This document shows positions 59,184 to 64,000 of a stretch of 64,000 nt of DNA, one piece after another (positions within the stretch are counted from its first letter, which is position 1; the number at the start of each line of letters is the position of its first letter). The notes under the pieces were generated by a model. It saw only the letters and a program-made list of their open reading frames with translations. It was not told where the DNA came from and searched no databases. The translations under genes were made by a program, and so were the position numbers. This stretch comes from an uncultured Bacillales bacterium. Lineage in GTDB: Bacteria; Bacillota_I; Bacilli_A; RF39; UBA660. Where the stretch lies: contig CAMOQR010000001.1 of assembly GCA_946623125.1 (NCBI GenBank), forward strand, positions 2,178-66,177, written 5' to 3'.

Positions 59184-59212
59184 TTGCAAAAAACCATAAT
59201 TTATGATACAAT
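59184..59212 (+). promoter_or_regulatory. Sigma-A promoter (TTGCAA-17-TACAAT) for the radical SAM gene
   Basis: Hexamers read directly. This implies the CDS starts at the ATG at 59238 (RBS AGGAG) rather than the TTG-extended track start. Confidence 0.45.
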
Positions 59213-60164
59213 CATAGCGATTTTACAGGAGAAGAATATGTTTTTATACTCATATAATAATAAACGATATCATACTTTAGACTATCATTATAAAAATAAA
59301 TATCATAAAAAAGTGTTTAAAGTAAGTTTAAACGCTGGTTTTTCATGTCCAAATTTAGATGGAAAAGTAGGATATGGAGGATGTATTTATTGCTCGAAAA
59401 GTGGAAGTGGAGAATTTGCTGGGAATAAAGAAGATAACATTGTAAAACAATTTATTGAAGGAAAAGAAAAAATGTTAAAGAAATGGCCAGATGCAAAATA
59501 CATTGGATACTTTCAAGCAAGAACAAATACCTATGCACCAGTAGAAAAACTAAAAGAAGTATATGAACCTATTTTAAAACAAGAAAATGTTGTAGGATTA
59601 AACATTGCAACAAGACCAGACAGTATCTCAGAAGATTGTTTAACTTACTTAGAAGACTTAAATAAAAGAACAGACTTAACAATTGAATTAGGTTTACAAA
59701 CGATAAATGAAAAAACCACTCAATTAATTAATAGATGTCACAATCTAAAATGTTTTGAAGATATGGTAAAAAAACTTAGAGATAAAAAAATAGATGTCGT
59801 AGTACATATTATAAATGGTCTACCAAAAGAGACAAAAGAAGATATGATAAATACTGTAAAGTATTTAAATAAACTAGACATTCAAGGAATTAAAATTCAC
59901 ATGTTAAGTATAGTAAAAGATACTCCGTTAGAAACATATTATAAAAAAGAAAAATTCCATGTATTAACAAAAGAAGAATATATTGACATAGTAATAACTC
60001 AGCTAGAATATTTAAGACCAGAAATCATCATCCATAGAATTACGGGGGATCCTAAAAAAGAAGAATTAATAGAGCCACAATGGTTAATCAAAAAATTTTG
60101 TGTATTAAATGATATTGATAAAGAAATGAAAAGAAGAAATACCTATCAAGGAGCAAAATGTTAA
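59184..60164 (+). CDS. Radical SAM protein, TIGR01212/YhcC family
   Basis: CPNLDGKVGYGGCIYCS cysteine motif and family-typical length; the true start is likely 59238. Confidence 0.8.
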   Translation: MQKTIIYDTIIAILQEKNMFLYSYNNKRYHTLDYHYKNKYHKKVFKVSLNAGFSCPNLDGKVGYGGCIYCSKSGSGEFAGNKEDNIVKQFIEGKEKMLKKWPDAKYIGYFQARTNTYAPVEKLKEVYEPILKQENVVGLNIATRPDSISEDCLTYLEDLNKRTDLTIELGLQTINEKTTQLINRCHNLKCFEDMVKKLRDKKIDVVVHIINGLPKETKEDMINTVKYLNKLDIQGIKIHMLSIVKDTPLETYYKKEKFHVLTKEEYIDIVITQLEYLRPEIIIHRITGDPKKEELIEPQWLIKKFCVLNDIDKEMKRRNTYQGAKC

Positions 60165-60403
60165 ATTATATTATAGTAATAAACATTATATGTTTTATTT
60201 TAATGGGCTTTGATAAATATCAAGCAATACACAACAATTACCGTATACCAGAAGTAACTCTAATTACACTATCTTTTCTAGGAGGAGGAATTGGTTCATT
60301 CTTAGGAATGAAGATATTTCATCACAAAACAAAAAAATTAAAATTTCAAATATTAATACCACTCAGTATATTATTTTTAATAATTTTTATTATGAAATAT
60401 TGA
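60158..60403 (+). CDS. DUF1294 small membrane protein
   Basis: GFDKYQAIHNNYRIPEVTLITLSFLGGGIGSFLGM pattern; overlaps the radical SAM stop, as such pairs commonly do. Confidence 0.55.
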   Translation: MLNYIIVINIICFILMGFDKYQAIHNNYRIPEVTLITLSFLGGGIGSFLGMKIFHHKTKKLKFQILIPLSILFLIIFIMKY

Positions 60404-60502
60404 CTCTCCCCTTAAGGGAAGTGATATTTTTATGTTGAAAAGAGAAAAAGCATATGTATAAAATAGGAGATTTTTCAATTCTAAATGATGTAACAATAAA
60501 AT

Positions 60503-60530
60503 AAAGAATCCACTTTTGTGGATTCTTTTA
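60503..60530. terminator. Bidirectional terminator
   Basis: AAAGAATCCAC-TTTTG-GTGGATTCTTT followed by T-runs. Confidence 0.5.
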
Positions 60531-61481
60531 TTTTTTAAATGTTTCTGCAATAGCAGTTCCCGCTGTAACAATACCTTGTAAATCACTTGGTACAATGATC
60601 TTAGTTGCATTTCCTTTTGCAACATCAACTAAAGCCTCATAACTTTTAAATTTTAATACAGCATCATCCATTTCTGCAGCCTTCAACAACTTCAAACCTT
60701 GAGCAGTTGCTTCCTGAATCTTGATAATAGCCTCTGCCTCACCTTCAGCAGCCTTAATTTTAGCAGCCTTCTCTGCGTCAGCTCTTAGAATCGTACTTTC
60801 CTTTTCTCCTTCAGCAATTAAAATAGCAGCCTTCTTTTCACCCTCGGCCTTCAAAATTGCCTCACGTCTTTCACGCTCTGCTCTCATTTGCTTTTCCATA
60901 GACTCTTGAATATCTTTAGGTGGCAATATATTCTTAACCTCAACACGATTAACTTTGACACCCCAAGGATCAGTAGCCTCATCCAAAATACTTCTCATTT
61001 TAGTATTAATAACATCACGAGAAGTAAGTGTCTCATCAAGCTCTAATTCACCAATAATATTACGTAATGTTGTAGCCGTCAAATTTTCAATCGCATTTAT
61101 AGGATTTTCAACACCATAAGTATATAATTTAGAATCTGTTATTTGAAAATAAACAACTGTATCAATCTGCATAGTAACATTATCTTTTGTAATAACAGGC
61201 TGTGGAGCAAAATCTTTTACAATTTCCTTTAAACTAACCTCATTTGCTTTTCTCTCAATAAATGGAAAAATATAATGCAAACCAGTCTGTAAAGTTCTAT
61301 GATATGCCCCTAATCTTTCAACAACATATGCTCTTGATTGTGGAATAATTTTAATTCCTGACGCAGCAATCCCCACGAGAATGATAATAATCACTAATCC
61401 AAATTCCATTCTAATTCTCCTCCTTCTTAACAATAAGTTTAACACCTTCAATATCAAGAATACGAACTCGAGTACCAACAT
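60528..61481 (-). CDS. SPFH/band-7 (stomatin-like) membrane protein
   Basis: N-terminal TM, SPFH core, and a C-terminal A/E/K-rich coiled coil. The likely start is the ATG at 61407-61409 (MEFGLV, RBS GGAGGAG). Confidence 0.75.
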   Translation of the reverse strand: MLVLEFVFLILKVLNLLLRRRRIRMEFGLVIIIILVGIAASGIKIIPQSRAYVVERLGAYHRTLQTGLHYIFPFIERKANEVSLKEIVKDFAPQPVITKDNVTMQIDTVVYFQITDSKLYTYGVENPINAIENLTATTLRNIIGELELDETLTSRDVINTKMRSILDEATDPWGVKVNRVEVKNILPPKDIQESMEKQMRAERERREAILKAEGEKKAAILIAEGEKESTILRADAEKAAKIKAAEGEAEAIIKIQEATAQGLKLLKAAEMDDAVLKFKSYEALVDVAKGNATKIIVPSDLQGIVTAGTAIAETFKK

Positions 61482-61878
61482 CTATTTCTTCATCACTTGT
61501 CGCAGTCCATATATTACCAAAAATTTTAACCTCGCCATATTGATTATTTTGAATTTTTTTAATAACCTCACCTACTTTACCAATAACACGATCTGAATTT
61601 GTAGGAACTGTACGAAATGCCTTAAACTTATGTACAATTGGTTTAGTAATTAATAGAGAAATAATACTAATAATAACAAAAATAACAATTTGAAATACAA
61701 AAGAATCCGTAAAGAAAGATGCAATAAATGCAGCCAAAGATCCTATTGCAAACCAAATTGTTACAAGATTAATAGTAATGATCTCAATGAATAGTAATAC
61801 AACAAAAGCAAGAAACCAAGAAATAGTGAAGGACATAAACTCACCTCTAATTCTATTATATGTTAAGTATGTGTCCAT
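61411..61878 (-). CDS. NfeD-family membrane protein (short form) partnered with the SPFH protein
   Basis: TM helices and a C-terminal OB/beta domain (VKIFGNIWTATSDEEIDVGTRVRILDIEG). One-nt gap to the SPFH gene. The likely start is MSFTIS at 61836 (RBS AGGTGAG). Confidence 0.7.
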   Translation of the reverse strand: MDTYLTYNRIRGEFMSFTISWFLAFVVLLFIEIITINLVTIWFAIGSLAAFIASFFTDSFVFQIVIFVIISIISLLITKPIVHKFKAFRTVPTNSDRVIGKVGEVIKKIQNNQYGEVKIFGNIWTATSDEEIDVGTRVRILDIEGVKLIVKKEEN

Positions 61879-61957
61879 TTCAACAAAATTTCGACAAATT
61901 ATTGTTTATATTAAAAAATATCGTATATAATAAAAATAAAGAATAGGAGTCTATGCT

Positions 61958-62755
61958 ATGAGATGGAATTGGAAAGAATTAAGATTACTTTCGGTCATAA
62001 TAGCAATTTGGGGAGTTATAAGTATTGGAACAGGTCTATCCTTAAAAAAATATGATTATACGATTACCAAAACAAAATATACAGTAAAAATATCATCCAA
62101 TCAACAAACCCAAGCCCAAAGTAAAAAAAATGAAATAAAACTTAAAAATATTGAAATTGAAGTCGGAAACCCAATTAGTACAAATGCTAAAGATTATATT
62201 GAAAATATAGAAGATTTTAGTGATTTATTATTAAGGCAATTATCAGAAACATTAGATACATCTCTTGTAAATATTAACCAACCAGGTAATTATAAATATA
62301 CAATTACCTATAAGAAGAAAAAATATGAAGGAATTATTACAATTATGGAAAAAGAAGTTCCAAATGTAACCTTCACTTTAAAAGCCAAAATTATGCCAAC
62401 AACCGGAACATTATCAAGAAACAAAAAAGACTATATATATGAAGAATTGGATGAAGAAATATATAATAATATGATTCTAGACCTAAGAGAGGTAGAATCT
62501 CATCAATCCATTCCAGGAAAATATAAATATACAATAACATTTAAAGATACCGTATATTATGGAGACTTTGAAATTGTAGAAGATGTTGTTACAAACAAAG
62601 TAGTAAATGCATGTCCAAGTGATGCTATTGTAGATAATATGAACAAAACATGTGTTTGTAAAGACAGCAATAAAAAATATGACGAAGAAACAAAAACATG
62701 TGTCGAACAAGAAACCGAAGAAATAACAACAGAAGAAAAAAGAGTGCTTAGATAA
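61958..62755 (+). CDS. Membrane-anchored extracellular protein with two internal repeats and a C-terminal four-Cys tail shared with PBP1A
   Basis: TM LLSVIIAIWGVISIGTGL. Repeats QPGNYKYTITYKKKKYEGIITI and SIPGKYKYTITFKDTVYYGDFEI. Tail CPSDAIVDNMNKTCVCKDSNKKYDEETKTCV. Confidence 0.5.
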   Translation: MRWNWKELRLLSVIIAIWGVISIGTGLSLKKYDYTITKTKYTVKISSNQQTQAQSKKNEIKLKNIEIEVGNPISTNAKDYIENIEDFSDLLLRQLSETLDTSLVNINQPGNYKYTITYKKKKYEGIITIMEKEVPNVTFTLKAKIMPTTGTLSRNKKDYIYEELDEEIYNNMILDLREVESHQSIPGKYKYTITFKDTVYYGDFEIVEDVVTNKVVNACPSDAIVDNMNKTCVCKDSNKKYDEETKTCVEQETEEITTEEKRVLR

Positions 62756-62768
62756 AGCATTCTTTTTT

Positions 62769-64000
62769 TTAACTTAAATTTATAATTTCACCATCGACAA
62801 CATCAATTAATTCATAATTTGGTCTTCTCGATAACCCTGGCATTGTCATGATATCACCAAGTAACACGGTAATAAAACCAGCACCATTATATAAATTAAT
62901 ATCCCTAACTGTAACACTAAAATCTTTTGGAACACCAACTTTATTCTTATCATCCGAAAAAGAATATTGTGTTTTAGCAATACAAATAGGTAAATTAGAT
63001 AAATGATTATTCTCAATCATTTTAATCTTTTCATTTGCTAAATCAGTAAATGAAACCTCTTTTGCTCCATAAATATTTTTACAAATAATATTTATTTTAG
63101 TATTAATAGAATCATTCAAAGAATAGATTGGATGAAAATGACTATCAGATACACTCATAACCTTTTCAGCAAGAAGAATTGCTCCACTTCCACCTTCAGA
63201 ATAAGCATTTGAAACAACAAAGGAATAGTTTTTCTTCTGACAATACTCTCTTAATAATTCAATTTCATCATCCGTATCTGTTGAAAAACGATTTAAACAA
63301 ACTACAATAGGTACACCAAATTGATCTAAATTTTGATAATGTTTATCAAGATTTTCAAATCCTTTTTTCAAAGCATCATCATTTTTTTCATAAATTGCTT
63401 CTTTTTTTACTCCTCCATGATACTTTAACGCCTTAATAGTAGCGACTAAAACAATGGCATTTGGATTTAAATTACCAAGTCTACACTTGATATCTAAAAA
63501 TTTTTCAGCACCTAAATCAGCACCAAAACCAGCCTCCGTAACAACATAATCTGCTAGGCGTAGAGCAGTATCTGTAGCAATTAGACTATTACATCCATGA
63601 GCAATATTAGCAAAAGGTCCACCATGTATAATACAAGGAGTATTTTCTAAAGTCTGAACCAAATTTGGTTTAATAGCATCTTTCAATAAAGCAAGTAAAG
63701 AACCTTCTAATTTCAAATCACGAAGATAAACATACTTTCCCTCATGATTAATACCAATAACAATATTACCAAGTCTTTTTCTTAAATCCTCAAAAGAAGT
63801 AGCCAAACAAAATAATGCCATAATTTCACTGGCAGAAGTAATCGTAAAACTATCATGTCGAGTTCCTAAATCAACATCTCTTAAACTACGATCATTTACA
63901 TCAAGACATCTTTTAAATAAAACTTTTTCAATTCCTAATTCATTTCCAAAATAAATATGATTATCAATTGCAGCACTAATTAAATTATTGGCAGCAGCAA
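62769..64000 (-). CDS. fhs: Formate--tetrahydrofolate ligase (5' part lies beyond the window)
   Basis: Strong FTHFS similarity (ENTPCIIHGGPFANIAHGCNS; EIMALFCLATSFEDLRKRLG). The frame stays open to position 64000 upstream of the track ATG. Confidence 0.9.
   Translation of the reverse strand, partial: AAANNLISAAIDNHIYFGNELGIEKVLFKRCLDVNDRSLRDVDLGTRHDSFTITSASEIMALFCLATSFEDLRKRLGNIVIGINHEGKYVYLRDLKLEGSLLALLKDAIKPNLVQTLENTPCIIHGGPFANIAHGCNSLIATDTALRLADYVVTEAGFGADLGAEKFLDIKCRLGNLNPNAIVLVATIKALKYHGGVKKEAIYEKNDDALKKGFENLDKHYQNLDQFGVPIVVCLNRFSTDTDDEIELLREYCQKKNYSFVVSNAYSEGGSGAILLAEKVMSVSDSHFHPIYSLNDSINTKINIICKNIYGAKEVSFTDLANEKIKMIENNHLSNLPICIAKTQYSFSDDKNKVGVPKDFSVTVRDINLYNGAGFITVLLGDIMTMPGLSRRPNYELIDVVDGEIINLS

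Noticed and set aside
60404-60430. A perfect palindrome CCCTTAAGGG downstream of the DUF1294 gene, considered as a restriction-modification or regulatory site.
   Set aside because: It is a single short palindrome with no adjacent methyltransferase or endonuclease. It is probably part of the 3' UTR structure ahead of the bidirectional terminator.
1-64000. CRISPR arrays, integrases or transposases, and prophage structural genes.
   Set aside because: No regularly spaced direct repeats were seen. No tyrosine or serine recombinase, transposase motifs, or phage capsid, terminase or portal ORFs were seen. The cell-wall hydrolase at 44126-45382 lacks phage context.

Overview
This is an AT-rich window (roughly 30% GC by eye, not computed), coding-dense, from a low-GC spore-forming Firmicute. 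Gene order matches Bacillus subtilis in many places: ylxM-ftsY, rodZ-pgsA-recA, gpsB-rnpB, recU-ponA, dnaD-nth, thiI-sspA, ezrA/rpsD/tyrS, and spoIVA with hup and der. Most of the window is housekeeping: RNases J and Y, RecA, MurE, PBP1A, Der, EngB, ThiI, EzrA, S4, TyrRS, LeuRS, TrmB, CCA-adding enzyme, HU and FTHFS. Sporulation markers are present: SpoIVA, an alpha/beta-type SASP, a SpoVIF-like protein and a Cse60-like protein. RNA features are an RNase P RNA and two T-box leaders, one on the CYTH-tyrS operon and one on leuS. The most unusual locus is 43.1-45.4 kb. It encodes an LXG/WXG-like N-terminal domain fused to an NlpC/P60 cell-wall hydrolase, followed by three WXG100-sized helical proteins. 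This is a type-VIIb-secretion-like substrate module with no secretion machinery and no immunity gene in the window, sitting among cell-wall genes (FemX, an MOP flippase, an L,D-transpeptidase). Other accessory content includes a 661-aa five-repeat protein, two acetate-kinase paralogs flanking a PrsW-like protease, a Fic protein, a GH31 hydrolase with paralogous surface repeat proteins, and a four-cysteine C-terminal module shared by PBP1A and an unrelated membrane protein. Several ORF-track starts are TTG/GTG-extended, and likelier ATG starts with Shine-Dalgarno sites are noted. Dozens of antisense shadow ORFs were rejected.
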